IMG/VR virus record: IMGVR_UViG_3300042402_002237
Source: an uncultured virus (IMG/VR IMGVR_UViG_3300042402_002237)
Taxonomy: Duplodnaviria; Heunggongvirae; Uroviricota; Caudoviricetes
DNA length: 64,000 nt
Reading direction: 5' to 3' (one strand)
Of the stretch, positions 1 to 8,871 are shown one piece after another (the stretch's first letter is position 1; each line of letters opens with the position of its first letter). The position numbers and the translations under genes were made by a program. The notes below the pieces were generated by a model. The model worked only from the letters and a program-made list of their open reading frames with translations, was not told the DNA's origin and did not search any database.

Positions 1-1
1 A

Positions 2-712
2 CAACCATGGCTTGGAAAACCCCTTGCCTCATTTACTGACGCTCGTGCACCTGAGCGTAATCGTAGCGCTGTCGTTAGCCAGTTGTTGCGTATTGTGGGT
101 GGTGATACTGTCACCGTTAATCGCAAAAATAAAGAGGCATGGTCGGGCTATCTGCCAACGCGTATCATCGTATACTCGAACGAGGCGTTGCAATTAACCG
201 AGAACAGTAACGCGTTGACCGGTCGTATGTTGGTGCTACGCATGACCAAGTCATTCTACGACAACGAAGACACCGACCTGTTTAACAAGCTATCCGGCGA
301 GTTGGCCGGTATCTTTAACTGGGCGATGGCCGGACTTGATCGCAGACTGTCGCGCGGTGGGCACTTCGTACAACCACAGTCGGGCCGTCAGTTGTTGCTG
401 TTGATGGAGCAGTTGGGTAACCCACTGAACTCGTTCGTCGAGGACACGTTCGTGTTTGACCCAGTCTCGCAGGTTAAGAAGGACGACGTATTCCTATGTT
501 GGAAGAGGTGGGCACTAAAACGTAGCCTACCACCTGGCTCGGAGATGTCGTTCAAGCGCAGGTTCTTAGCGGCGACACAAGAGAAACGTATCGAGGCAGG
601 CGAGAGCCGGTCCGAAGGTAGCCGTACCCCGATCTACTTGGGGCTACGATTTAACACATCGGCCGGCGAGTACTTAAAAACAGTTGAGACATTTGAAACG
701 GAAGGGTATTGA
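2..712 (+). CDS. D5/P4-family primase-helicase, C-terminal part (5' truncated by window edge)
   Basis: Frame is open from base 2. Contains SF3-helicase-like segments (IVGGDTVTVNRKN, IIVYSNE, GRMLVL, ELAGIFNWA) and a C-terminal winged-helix-like region. Confidence 0.75.
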   Translation, partial: QPWLGKPLASFTDARAPERNRSAVVSQLLRIVGGDTVTVNRKNKEAWSGYLPTRIIVYSNEALQLTENSNALTGRMLVLRMTKSFYDNEDTDLFNKLSGELAGIFNWAMAGLDRRLSRGGHFVQPQSGRQLLLLMEQLGNPLNSFVEDTFVFDPVSQVKKDDVFLCWKRWALKRSLPPGSEMSFKRRFLAATQEKRIEAGESRSEGSRTPIYLGLRFNTSAGEYLKTVETFETEGY

Positions 713-867
713 TGGAAAACAAGGACGAGGTAATGTTTTACGCGGGTCTCGCGTTGATGGGCCTAGTGGCGCGCGGGGAGGCACCAAGCTCCGCGTCTCA
801 GCAGGCGTGGCAGTACGCGGAGTTTATGATTAATCACAAACCTAAGGAGCAAGGCAATGGCAATTAA
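712..867 (+). CDS. hypothetical protein (51 aa, MENKDEVMFYAGLALMGL...)
   Basis: Read by hand; ATG overlaps the upstream stop (TGATG). Confidence 0.55.
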   Translation: MENKDEVMFYAGLALMGLVARGEAPSSASQQAWQYAEFMINHKPKEQGNGN

Positions 868-1051
868 GTTAAAGGCACTGGCGATATTATCTGCGCTGAT
901 TGGCGCGCCGATTGTATGTTTTTTATTAGTTAAATATTTCGGCGTGTACGTGGCGTATTTTTTATTCGCGGTAAGTTTAGTGTTGTGCTATCTATTTTTA
1001 GTAAAAATTCTTGAAGAAAAAGAAGAGTTTGAAAAACGTTTTATTAAATGA
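857..1051 (+). CDS. hypothetical membrane protein
   Basis: AGGAG RBS; two hydrophobic segments. Confidence 0.6.
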   Translation: MAIKLKALAILSALIGAPIVCFLLVKYFGVYVAYFLFAVSLVLCYLFLVKILEEKEEFEKRFIK

Positions 1052-1296
1052 AACTATTCGACTTTAGGAAGACCACCCTGCGCAACGGATTCACTGTAAT
1101 CTTTGGTGGGGTGGGCCACCGGCGCACTGTGCTCACTAACAAGGGCCCCAAGCCCAATCATTACAAGCGGACTCGGATGCAGATGTACCGGCGCGCGTCG
1201 CAGGGGTGGCGCAACCAAACCTACGCACGTTTGTGCGCGCTAAAGTTAGTAATTAAATTTGGCATACGTAAACCATCAAAACGTTTTAGGAGATAG
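1048..1296 (+). CDS. hypothetical basic protein
   Basis: ATGA overlap with the upstream gene. Confidence 0.5.
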   Translation: MKLFDFRKTTLRNGFTVIFGGVGHRRTVLTNKGPKPNHYKRTRMQMYRRASQGWRNQTYARLCALKLVIKFGIRKPSKRFRR

Positions 1297-1297
1297 C

Positions 1298-1471
1298 ATG
1301 TACCACACAGTACAGGAATACGAAGACGCAGTAAACCGAACACCAATGACCGAGGCACAGATCAACGAGATGGTCACCACGCTAAACAGGACCAACCAAA
1401 TGTGGAGCATGCGCGACTTTGTGCGAACTGTTGAAGAACATCATGGGATTAAAAATGAAACCAACAGATGA
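1298..1471 (+). CDS. hypothetical protein
   Basis: AGGAG RBS before ATG 1298; C-terminus resembles the LTDEEI...FARAIE..HGIK family. Confidence 0.6.
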   Translation: MYHTVQEYEDAVNRTPMTEAQINEMVTTLNRTNQMWSMRDFVRTVEEHHGIKNETNR

Positions 1472-1745
1472 ATACAAAGTTTGTTCGTTAGAAGAGGCAG
1501 AAGAATTTGCGAAGAGGAGAGAAATGAACTACCAAAAGAAATTAGCAGAGGCACCATACCACCCCGGCTATGAGGACGCCGTGGTCACGGAGCCAAGGCC
1601 AGTTTTATACGGAATCTACAAGTCTAAACCCTTGACTGATGAAGAAATAGAAGAAGTCTTTGACAATACTTTTAAGGTGCGTGATTTTGAAGATGCGTTT
1701 TTAAAGTTTGCCAGAGCAATAGAAGAAAGGCACGGAATAAAATGA
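1455..1745 (+). CDS. hypothetical protein (LTDEEI...FARAIE motif)
   Basis: ORF; motif shared with neighbours. Confidence 0.6.
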   Translation: MKPTDEYKVCSLEEAEEFAKRREMNYQKKLAEAPYHPGYEDAVVTEPRPVLYGIYKSKPLTDEEIEEVFDNTFKVRDFEDAFLKFARAIEERHGIK

Positions 1746-1999
1746 ACAATGAACCAGTAGCGTGGATGTATGAATCTAAAAATGTTGATGGCAAGCCTTA
1801 CATATCGGATGTGTCGTTAAAACCTTTATTTGGGCTAGTTACAAGATACGGATACAAAGAAATTCCACTCTATACCCATCCAGTAAAAGAATTAACAGAT
1901 GAGGAAATACTGCAATTTCAAGACAAAGTTCCTTACACACTTGGTTCTGATTTGATTGATTTTGCCAGAGCAATACTAAGAAAGGCACAAGAGAAATGA
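1742..1999 (+). CDS. hypothetical protein (EPVAW...PLYTHP...LTDEEI family)
   Basis: Common phage EPVAW/PLY motif; ATGA overlap. Confidence 0.65.
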   Translation: MNNEPVAWMYESKNVDGKPYISDVSLKPLFGLVTRYGYKEIPLYTHPVKELTDEEILQFQDKVPYTLGSDLIDFARAILRKAQEK

Positions 2000-2187
2000 A
2001 ACGTAAAAAAGAAAACTTTAGATTCACCATCAAGACACTCAGTGAGAACGAGGACGGTTCGGCAAATTGTGAGGTGGAGATGGACGACTACACCAAGGGC
2101 AAGCTGATCGAGATCGGCGTCATCGCGATACTAAAAGAACACATCGCACAGGAGAAAATGAAACATGCAAAAGAAGCCTCCGTTTAA
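1996..2187 (+). CDS. hypothetical protein
   Basis: ORF, coupled to the upstream gene. Confidence 0.55.
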   Translation: MKRKKENFRFTIKTLSENEDGSANCEVEMDDYTKGKLIEIGVIAILKEHIAQEKMKHAKEASV

Positions 2188-2398
2188 GGTAGTGTTTGAA
2201 GAGGGCGTGTTTGATGACCTCGCAGAGGACGCAGACCTGACACAAGAAGAGCTCGACGCGTTTATCGCGGGTATCTTTGAACTGGCCGAGAGCGGTGAGA
2301 TCTTTGACTACTCCACGCCAGTAGAAGAGTTATCAGAAGAGGAACAGGCCGAGATTATTAACATGCTCGAATACAAACAAAAGAAGACGAGGCACTAA
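2165..2398 (+). CDS. hypothetical acidic protein
   Basis: ORF in operon context. Confidence 0.55.
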   Translation: MQKKPPFKVVFEEGVFDDLAEDADLTQEELDAFIAGIFELAESGEIFDYSTPVEELSEEEQAEIINMLEYKQKKTRH

Positions 2399-2649
2399 TG
2401 AACACAAGACGAGAAGAACTATCAGAGCAGTACCCAGACCTATTGGTTATGGACCCCGACTACTTAGACTCTGCCATCATGGGCGTGGTCACACGCATTG
2501 GGTTAGAGGCGGTGTGTTACAGCACCGATAAAGTAATCCGGCTGTTAATGGAGCACGACGGCATGACAGAGGAAGAGGCCATCGAGTACATGGAGTTCAA
2601 CATGAAGGGGGCCTGGGTGGGCGAGACCACGCCAGTGTTTTTAGAATGA
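2398..2649 (+). CDS. hypothetical phage protein (EEAIEY.EFN..GAWVGE.TP family)
   Basis: Recognisable widespread phage motif. Confidence 0.7.
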   Translation: MNTRREELSEQYPDLLVMDPDYLDSAIMGVVTRIGLEAVCYSTDKVIRLLMEHDGMTEEEAIEYMEFNMKGAWVGETTPVFLE

Positions 2650-3167
2650 AAAAATACGACTATTACAAATTAGACGTTGGGTTTTATCCCGACGTGATGA
2701 AGGTATGCTTTTCAAATACTGTATTCCAACAGATACTAAAGGACCACAAGGTCACGATGAAGGCCGAGGCATTAGACATCGGCGTAGCAGAGACGCACCT
2801 GATCGGTGACGGGCAGGACGCACTGGTTATCTTAGTATTTAACTTAGAGGCACTCACCGACGGCATCGACGAGGTAGTCGGCGCTATCGCGCACGAGGTA
2901 AGCCACGCAATTGATCACCTAGCCGAGTACATCGGCGAGGATGATGGCATCAAGGGGGAGACACGCGCCTATCTTAGCGAGTCACTGGTACGGCAACTGT
3001 TTAAGATAACGATGGCGGAGAAAAACAACAATGCTAGAAAAGCAGATCGAAAAATATCTCGTAAAAAAGGTAACACAAAACAAGGGCCTGACGTTCAAGT
3101 GGCTATCCACAGTGACGGGGGTGCCGGATCGGCTAGTATTTCTCAACAATCAGGTCCACTTGGTTGA
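2646..3167 (+). CDS. HExxH putative metallopeptidase-like protein
   Basis: IAHEVSH motif followed by E..AYL. Confidence 0.5.
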   Translation: MKKYDYYKLDVGFYPDVMKVCFSNTVFQQILKDHKVTMKAEALDIGVAETHLIGDGQDALVILVFNLEALTDGIDEVVGAIAHEVSHAIDHLAEYIGEDDGIKGETRAYLSESLVRQLFKITMAEKNNNARKADRKISRKKGNTKQGPDVQVAIHSDGGAGSASISQQSGPLG

Positions 3168-3303
3168 GCTAAAGACAGCAGACGGAAAGATATCAGCACG
3201 GCAGGTCTTTGTATTTGACCAGCTAGGCGAGGCAGGCTTTCCGGTGTACATACTACGATCATACGACGATATTGATGAATTTTTAAAGGGCGTTTTATTA
3301 TGA
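3031..3303 (+). CDS. VRR-NUC domain nuclease
   Basis: EKQIEKYL, GVPDRLV, LVELK..GK.S..Q motifs; usual position upstream of an SNF2 helicase. Confidence 0.85.
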   Translation: MLEKQIEKYLVKKVTQNKGLTFKWLSTVTGVPDRLVFLNNQVHLVELKTADGKISARQVFVFDQLGEAGFPVYILRSYDDIDEFLKGVLL

Positions 3304-3318
3304 TATTTTGCATTAGTA
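3288..3318 (+). promoter_or_regulatory. phage promoter GGGCG-N16-TGCATTAGTA
   Basis: One of 13 copies of the decamer, all oriented toward a downstream gene. Confidence 0.75.
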
Positions 3319-3409
3319 TAAGTAGAGAAGGCGAAAAGGTTTGCAAGCCCTGTCTGTGCCAGTACACAGTCTAGCCCCTCTAATATCCCCCACTTACTGG
3401 AGTATCAAA

Positions 3410-4420
3410 ATGAAACGACTCAATCCCGCCACTGGTGTGCCATTTAAAAAAGGTGACATCCGAGAAAACGGCGACGTGTTTTATCAATACAGAAAAATAA
3501 CAAAAAATTGGACTAAAGGATATTATGTAGAGCTTTGGTTAAAACCAGAGCTATTTAAAAAACATAATTTTACAGACCGATCAGGCAATAATAGAACAAT
3601 TAAAAACGTTGCCCTAAATTTATTAAAAGGCGCGCAAGGAAGATGCCGTGGTTGCCCATCCCGAACAGCCTCCGGCAGGCCACCCACAAATGGAAAAGTA
3701 ACAATCACAAAACAATGGATTTTAGATAGGCTAGAAAAAGGTATTTGTGAGGCCACCGGGGACCAATTAACAATTGAGCCAAGACAATCTAATACCGCGT
3801 CTTTGGATAGAATAGATTCTAATAACCCGGACTATACTCCGGAAAATTGCAGAATAGTAACTTGGCAGTTTAATAACATGAGAGGAGCCTATTCGGACGA
3901 AGAATTTATTCGTGTGGCTAAACAACTTGAAAAAATTAAAAAGAGATCAACTACACCATTACCAACTATCAATAGTGGAAAAAGCCAAAACAACTCCAAA
4001 CATAGGGCTTCTACTTTGCCCAGGTTTGGGGAAGACAGCGACGACGCTAACGATTATCGCGGAGCAACTCAAGGGGAAAACTCTTATCGTAGCGCCAAAG
4101 AGGGTAGCGGAGACAGTATGGGACACGGAGGCAAAGAAATGGGAGCACCTACAACACCTGAAGATAGCCAAGATACTGGGGACACCGGCTCAACGGTTAA
4201 CAGCGCTGAAGAGTTCTTCGAACGTGTACTTAGTAAATCTCGAGAACTTGATTTGGTTGTTGGAGCAACCCGAGGCGCAATTCAACAATCTGATCATCGA
4301 CGAGTCGAGTCGCTTCAAAGATCCTTCAACGAAAAGATTCAAAGCCTTGAAGAAACACTTAAAGAGCTTCGAGAGGCGCATTATTCTGACAGGAACACCG
4401 ACACCACAAGGGATGGGTGA
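3410..4420 (+). CDS. HNH-like (homing) endonuclease with long C-terminal tail overlapping the helicase
   Basis: GGAG RBS before ATG 3410; CEATG...SLDRIDSNNPDYTPENCRIVTWQFN motif. Confidence 0.7.
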   Translation: MKRLNPATGVPFKKGDIRENGDVFYQYRKITKNWTKGYYVELWLKPELFKKHNFTDRSGNNRTIKNVALNLLKGAQGRCRGCPSRTASGRPPTNGKVTITKQWILDRLEKGICEATGDQLTIEPRQSNTASLDRIDSNNPDYTPENCRIVTWQFNNMRGAYSDEEFIRVAKQLEKIKKRSTTPLPTINSGKSQNNSKHRASTLPRFGEDSDDANDYRGATQGENSYRSAKEGSGDSMGHGGKEMGAPTTPEDSQDTGDTGSTVNSAEEFFERVLSKSRELDLVVGATRGAIQQSDHRRVESLQRSFNEKIQSLEETLKELREAHYSDRNTDTTRDG

Positions 4421-5273
4421 TCTCTGGTCCCAGGTGGGTATATTGGACTTAGGGAGCCGTTTAGAGACGTCCTTGACCCGCTTTAGGGACAAGTACATGG
4501 AACCGGACCAATTTAACCGCCATACACGTGTGGTATATAGCTGGAGGATAAAGAAGGGCATGGACAAGATAATCCAAGACAAGATCTCAGACATTTGTTT
4601 TAGCCTGAGGGCCGAGGATTATTTGACACTACCAAAATTAACCGAGCTGTATCACAAAGTAGACATAACCCCATCGGAACGTAAACAATATGACACACTT
4701 AAAAAAGATATGGTCACCGAGCTTGGGACGGAGACGATCACGGCCCCCACTGCGGCCGCGCTTGCAGGTAAGCTCTTACAATTCACCAGCGGGGCGATCT
4801 ATTCCGAGGATGGTGAGTGGCACGAGGTCCATACGGCTAAGATGGAATTTCTTGAGTCGATCCTGGAGGAGTCCTCGTCCCCGACACTCATTTTTTATCA
4901 CTTCAAGCACTCGCTTAGTAGACTCCAGGCTAGGTTTCCGGAGGCTGTCGTGCTTGATGATACCAACATACAGGCGTGGCGTGATGGTAAGATCAGAATT
5001 ATGCTGGCGCACCCGCAATCAGGTGGCATCGGGCTCAATTTACAGTGTAATGTTGGAGAGACAGCGCAGACCGTCTGGTATGACCTGCCGTGGAGTTCAG
5101 AGAACTACATACAGGCCAACGCAAGGATCTACCGCCAAGGCCAAGAAAAACCGGTTGTTATACACCACCTAGCCGTGGCTAACAGCATCGACGAGCAGGT
5201 AATTAAGGTATTGGACGGAAAAATAAATTTGCAGGACGCCCTGCTAAACGCCCTAAATTTTGCATTAGTATAA
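3912..5273 (+). CDS. SNF2-family DEAD/H helicase (start may be TTG 3927)
   Basis: GLGKT Walker A, IIDESS, LTGTP, GLNLQ, QANARIYRQGQ. Confidence 0.92.
   Translation: MWLNNLKKLKRDQLHHYQLSIVEKAKTTPNIGLLLCPGLGKTATTLTIIAEQLKGKTLIVAPKRVAETVWDTEAKKWEHLQHLKIAKILGTPAQRLTALKSSSNVYLVNLENLIWLLEQPEAQFNNLIIDESSRFKDPSTKRFKALKKHLKSFERRIILTGTPTPQGMGDLWSQVGILDLGSRLETSLTRFRDKYMEPDQFNRHTRVVYSWRIKKGMDKIIQDKISDICFSLRAEDYLTLPKLTELYHKVDITPSERKQYDTLKKDMVTELGTETITAPTAAALAGKLLQFTSGAIYSEDGEWHEVHTAKMEFLESILEESSSPTLIFYHFKHSLSRLQARFPEAVVLDDTNIQAWRDGKIRIMLAHPQSGGIGLNLQCNVGETAQTVWYDLPWSSENYIQANARIYRQGQEKPVVIHHLAVANSIDEQVIKVLDGKINLQDALLNALNFALV
5261..5270 (+). promoter_or_regulatory. phage promoter, TGCATTAGTA only (no GGGCG)
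   Basis: Exact decamer upstream of the ACP gene. Confidence 0.65.
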
Positions 5274-5286
5274 ACTAGGAGAGATA

Positions 5287-5571
5287 ATGGATAAGTTAGA
5301 ACTATTTAACGAAACAATCAAACGAGCAAGGCCCGTCAGTGGTGACGAAGTTCAAGCCACGTCACTAGATCAACCAATTAATGAAATTGGTATTGATAGC
5401 CTAGATACGATTATGATTTCAGTTTATTTTTCTGAAATTTACGGGGTAACAGAAGAAAAAGCAAAAGAATTACAACCAACAACGCCAGGACAGTTTTTTG
5501 AATTGTATGAACAGCACGCAACCAAACATCCAAAAACTGTAAAAGAAGCATTAGATAATATTGAATTTTAA
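5287..5571 (+). CDS. acyl carrier protein-like
   Basis: 94 aa, acidic, GIDSLD phosphopantetheine-attachment motif; adjacent to a ketosynthase. Confidence 0.8.
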   Translation: MDKLELFNETIKRARPVSGDEVQATSLDQPINEIGIDSLDTIMISVYFSEIYGVTEEKAKELQPTTPGQFFELYEQHATKHPKTVKEALDNIEF

Positions 5572-5572
5572 A

Positions 5573-6700
5573 ATGAAAATTTACATCACTAAATACAAAA
5601 CGCTTTGCACAAAAGAAACTAAGGTATTGGGTGATTTGGTTTACCCACAACGAGTACATTGGATGCCAGAGTTATACACTCGAGTAAAAACGGGGCTGTC
5701 TTACGTGCCCCATGAAATGGCGAATCGTGTGGCTACAAAAGAAATGGTTGATTATGTCAAATCAAATCCAGTGGAAGGCAAGACAGGATTTTTGTTGGCC
5801 GCTGGGTCACAAGGATGGGCAGGGGGCAAAGCAAAAAGTCAAGACAAACCAAGCGAATTAGATTACAATTTCAAACTTGGAATTTTAACAATGACAAACA
5901 TTTTTGCAGGCCGTATAGCAGGAGTGTTTGAGGCGTATGACTACGTGGCGACTGACGCCAGTGCATGCGCAACGAGCATCAAGTGCATGATGGACGTCAA
6001 CAATTTAATTAACAACATGGGGTTTGATCGTGTCATTATGCTGGCTTTGGAAGATCCAACATCTAAACTAACGCTTGAATTTTTTGGTCAATCAAACGCT
6101 AACTTAGTATTAAAAGACGAAGAAGCAGGCGCGGTACCATCCGCATTTGACAGTAAAAATGGTGGGTTTATTATTGGGCAGGGTGCGGGTTTTGCCATAT
6201 TTGAATCTGAGCGTGCAGTACAAAAGAATGCCGTTAAGCCCGAGGCTGAACTAAAAAGTGCTTGGGTATCAGCGGAGCAATTATCAAACCCAATTGGTCA
6301 GCGTCCTGACGGACAGGGATATCAACGAGCTATTATGGGCGCGATTACACAAGCTAAATGTCAACCATCAGATATTAAAATTGTAAAGACACATGGCACC
6401 GGAACGCCGACTAATAATCAATCTGAAAAGAATGCGCTATTGTCAACGTTACGTGGTGGGTTTATTGCAACGTCGTACAAGCAACACATTGGACACACCG
6501 TTGCAGCTAGTGGATTGTTAGAAACCGGTTTAATTTTAGACGATATTAAAAAAGGAGTCATACCTGGGATTAAAAATAGAACAGAAAACGACGACACATT
6601 TATATCAAAAGATACTACGGCCCCCGATGGTTTATTAATGAGTTTAGCAGCCGGTATGGGAAATATTTACGCAGCAGCTATTTTTGACCCACGAGTATGA
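5573..6700 (+). CDS. beta-ketoacyl-ACP synthase (FabB/FabF/type II PKS KS-like)
   Basis: Cys in DASACATS, His in KTHGTGT, SYKQHIGH, GFIIGQGAG. Confidence 0.88.
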   Translation: MKIYITKYKTLCTKETKVLGDLVYPQRVHWMPELYTRVKTGLSYVPHEMANRVATKEMVDYVKSNPVEGKTGFLLAAGSQGWAGGKAKSQDKPSELDYNFKLGILTMTNIFAGRIAGVFEAYDYVATDASACATSIKCMMDVNNLINNMGFDRVIMLALEDPTSKLTLEFFGQSNANLVLKDEEAGAVPSAFDSKNGGFIIGQGAGFAIFESERAVQKNAVKPEAELKSAWVSAEQLSNPIGQRPDGQGYQRAIMGAITQAKCQPSDIKIVKTHGTGTPTNNQSEKNALLSTLRGGFIATSYKQHIGHTVAASGLLETGLILDDIKKGVIPGIKNRTENDDTFISKDTTAPDGLLMSLAAGMGNIYAAAIFDPRV

Positions 6701-7008
6701 AGAAAATCACAGTATACAAAATTAGCGCAACGGCCCCGCGACTCAGCGATGAGGACCCGGACCCAATCGAACAAGACGAGAGCGAGGGCATCTCCTCGAA
6801 TATCATCGAGGGCTGGCTACCCTGGGACCCGGAAGACATCTCAGACATACGTCGACTGATCACAGAGAAGTTACCACCTAAGCAACAGTTTATTATCGAG
6901 GCATTTTTAGATGGGCTAAGTTATACAGACGTATGCGTGACAGAAAAATATTGGCGCTATCATTTTGCTAAGGGCATCGAACTTATCAGGAAGGAACTAA
7001 AGCTATGA
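6697..7008 (+). CDS. stand-alone sigma70 region-4-like HTH protein
   Basis: LPPKQQFII...GLSYTDV...R.HFAKGIELIRKEL resembles sigma region 4. Confidence 0.55.
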   Translation: MKKITVYKISATAPRLSDEDPDPIEQDESEGISSNIIEGWLPWDPEDISDIRRLITEKLPPKQQFIIEAFLDGLSYTDVCVTEKYWRYHFAKGIELIRKELKL

Positions 7009-7205
7009 GCCACTTTATTATAGAGTATTTATACAAGGACAAGTACATGATGGAGACGCTCATGGGCGTTGAAGACATTGACCTGAGCCACAGTCGATTT
7101 GAGAAGTTGATGGGTGTCTGGCAGTGCGAGACAATGGACGAGGTAACTACGATGCAAACACACTTAAGGGAGATGAGACGTGAACGATCCAGTAAACAAA
7201 CCTAA
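7005..7205 (+). CDS. hypothetical protein
   Basis: ATGA overlap. Confidence 0.55.
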   Translation: MSHFIIEYLYKDKYMMETLMGVEDIDLSHSRFEKLMGVWQCETMDEVTTMQTHLREMRRERSSKQT

Positions 7206-7383
7206 GCACTACACAGCGCACCCCAGTGGTGTGGAGTGTATACAGATCACCGAGCACATGGGCTTTTGTTTGGGTAACGCAGTAAAATACATTTGGCGTG
7301 CCGACCTTAAGAACGATGCAGTGGAAGATTTACGTAAGGCACGATGGTACATTGATAGAGAAATTGAACGGAGATTAAAATGA
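7180..7383 (+). CDS. DUF3310 / T7 gp1.7-like protein
   Basis: DPVNKPKHY...ECI...FCLGNAVKYIWRA..K..EDLRKARWY. Confidence 0.85.
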   Translation: MNDPVNKPKHYTAHPSGVECIQITEHMGFCLGNAVKYIWRADLKNDAVEDLRKARWYIDREIERRLK

Positions 7384-7534
7384 TTACAGGTATTGGAGTA
7401 GCATTAATGATTACGGGCATACTGGCCTACAGCGTGGCAGATAATTTTAAGCCGGACTGTGCGCCCTGGAAACGCTTTGTAATTAATTGCATCATCACGC
7501 TTGGCGCTACACTAACAATCTTGGGTTACGTATT

Positions 7535-7774
7535 ATGACTAACGGATTAAACATCACGGTAGACTGGGACACCGCCGACGCGATTATGGAGGCCCACCTA
7601 CTACACACGTACCACTCGCTAATCAGTAACATAAAGGTTCTCAAGTCTAAAAAGAAACTGCAAGACTTTGAAAAAGAGGACCTAGAGCATTTTAAGCGGG
7701 TACTCAAAAGCATCGAGGCTGTGGGTGACTGGTATATATTTGACTTCGATAAAAAGAAACGGAAGAAGAAATGA
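7535..7774 (+). CDS. hypothetical protein
   Basis: ORF from ATG 7535. Confidence 0.55.
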   Translation: MTNGLNITVDWDTADAIMEAHLLHTYHSLISNIKVLKSKKKLQDFEKEDLEHFKRVLKSIEAVGDWYIFDFDKKKRKKK

Positions 7775-8067
7775 ATTTGTGGAGCGAGTACGATCGATTT
7801 GACCTGGAGCAAGACATTATTAAGTGCGCGCAGGTCGAGGATTACCTAGACGAGTTTTTACGGCAGTACTTAGACAAGGCCGAGCACATGTCAGAGGACG
7901 ACGTGTACAACTATATTAGCGGGATTAAGTACGCGTCAAAACTTCAGAACCAACGACTGTGGGATGGCTTTGAACAGATGGTAGGAAAAGGCCATTTTGT
8001 GCAGTTAAATAAATATAAACCAGATGTAGATGTAGAACTTAAAATAAAGAAAGGAAGTAAAAAATGA
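7771..8067 (+). CDS. hypothetical protein (DRFDLEQ.I family)
   Basis: ORF, coupled. Confidence 0.6.
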   Translation: MNLWSEYDRFDLEQDIIKCAQVEDYLDEFLRQYLDKAEHMSEDDVYNYISGIKYASKLQNQRLWDGFEQMVGKGHFVQLNKYKPDVDVELKIKKGSKK

Positions 8068-8270
8068 AACAAGAATTATTAGATGATTTTAACGTGACGT
8101 TGGAGTTTTCTGTAAAGGAAATTAACGCGTTGCTAAACGTATTAGCGCAGTCGCCATTTATCCAGGTGGTTGGCTTTATTAACGAGATCCAGGCACAGGC
8201 CGGCCCACAGGTCGAGCAGGCAAAGAACAGCCTAGAGGCCGTTGAGAAGGCACAAAAAGATGAATCTTAA
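8064..8270 (+). CDS. hypothetical protein
   Basis: ORF, coupled. Confidence 0.6.
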   Translation: MKQELLDDFNVTLEFSVKEINALLNVLAQSPFIQVVGFINEIQAQAGPQVEQAKNSLEAVEKAQKDES

Positions 8271-8472
8271 AGATTTGTTAAACCGGGCCGGTATCCGTAA
8301 CGATATAGACAAGGCACTGGAGGACAAAGAGGCGGCCAAGGAGAAACAGATCCAGGAGATGGCCGGGGCAGTGACCCGCCTAATCATCAACGAGTCAATT
8401 AAAGAGGCCAAGGCTCGCGCTGCAGAGCGTGACAGGCTATTAATTAACCCGGATGGGGCGGAAAAGAAGTAG
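8260..8472 (+). CDS. hypothetical protein
   Basis: ORF from ATG 8260. Confidence 0.55.
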   Translation: MNLKDLLNRAGIRNDIDKALEDKEAAKEKQIQEMAGAVTRLIINESIKEAKARAAERDRLLINPDGAEKK

Positions 8473-8486
8473 ATTTTGCATTAGTA
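8456..8486 (+). promoter_or_regulatory. phage promoter GGGCG-N16-TGCATTAGTA
   Basis: Exact bipartite match. Confidence 0.75.
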
Positions 8487-8558
8487 GATATAGGGCTAGT
8501 AAGCTGTCGGGAGACACCCGAACGCCTTATTTTACATACACAAACACAGGAGAATTAC

Positions 8559-8816
8559 ATGAACCCATTTGAATTACGCTATGATTTACTCAAGACCTCC
8601 AAGGAGTTTTTGACCGAGCAATACAACGCCCAGCTAAAGGCATGGGAAGTGGCAGACGAGGCAGGTAAAAAACTGCTTGAGAAGGCCCCACAGTTCCCCA
8701 GCATGCACGAGATCATTGACAACGCGATCGAGATGAACAAGTTTATCAGCACCACGATCGAGGCACAATTGGTCGACGGCGTTAAGCGCTTTAACCGTAT
8801 CACAGCAGTATTTTAA
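8559..8816 (+). CDS. hypothetical phage protein (NPFELR.DLL family)
   Basis: CAGGAG RBS; recognisable phage motif. Confidence 0.7.
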   Translation: MNPFELRYDLLKTSKEFLTEQYNAQLKAWEVADEAGKKLLEKAPQFPSMHEIIDNAIEMNKFISTTIEAQLVDGVKRFNRITAVF

Positions 8817-8821
8817 TACCC

Positions 8822-8866
8822 GTTGCGACTTTTTAGCAGACGTTTGCAAGAAAGTCGCGACTTTTT
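8822..8866 (+). terminator. long hairpin followed by T-run (terminator or processing stem)
   Basis: GTTGCGACTTT...AAAGTCGCGAC followed by TTTTT. Confidence 0.45.
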
Positions 8867-8871
8867 AACAT

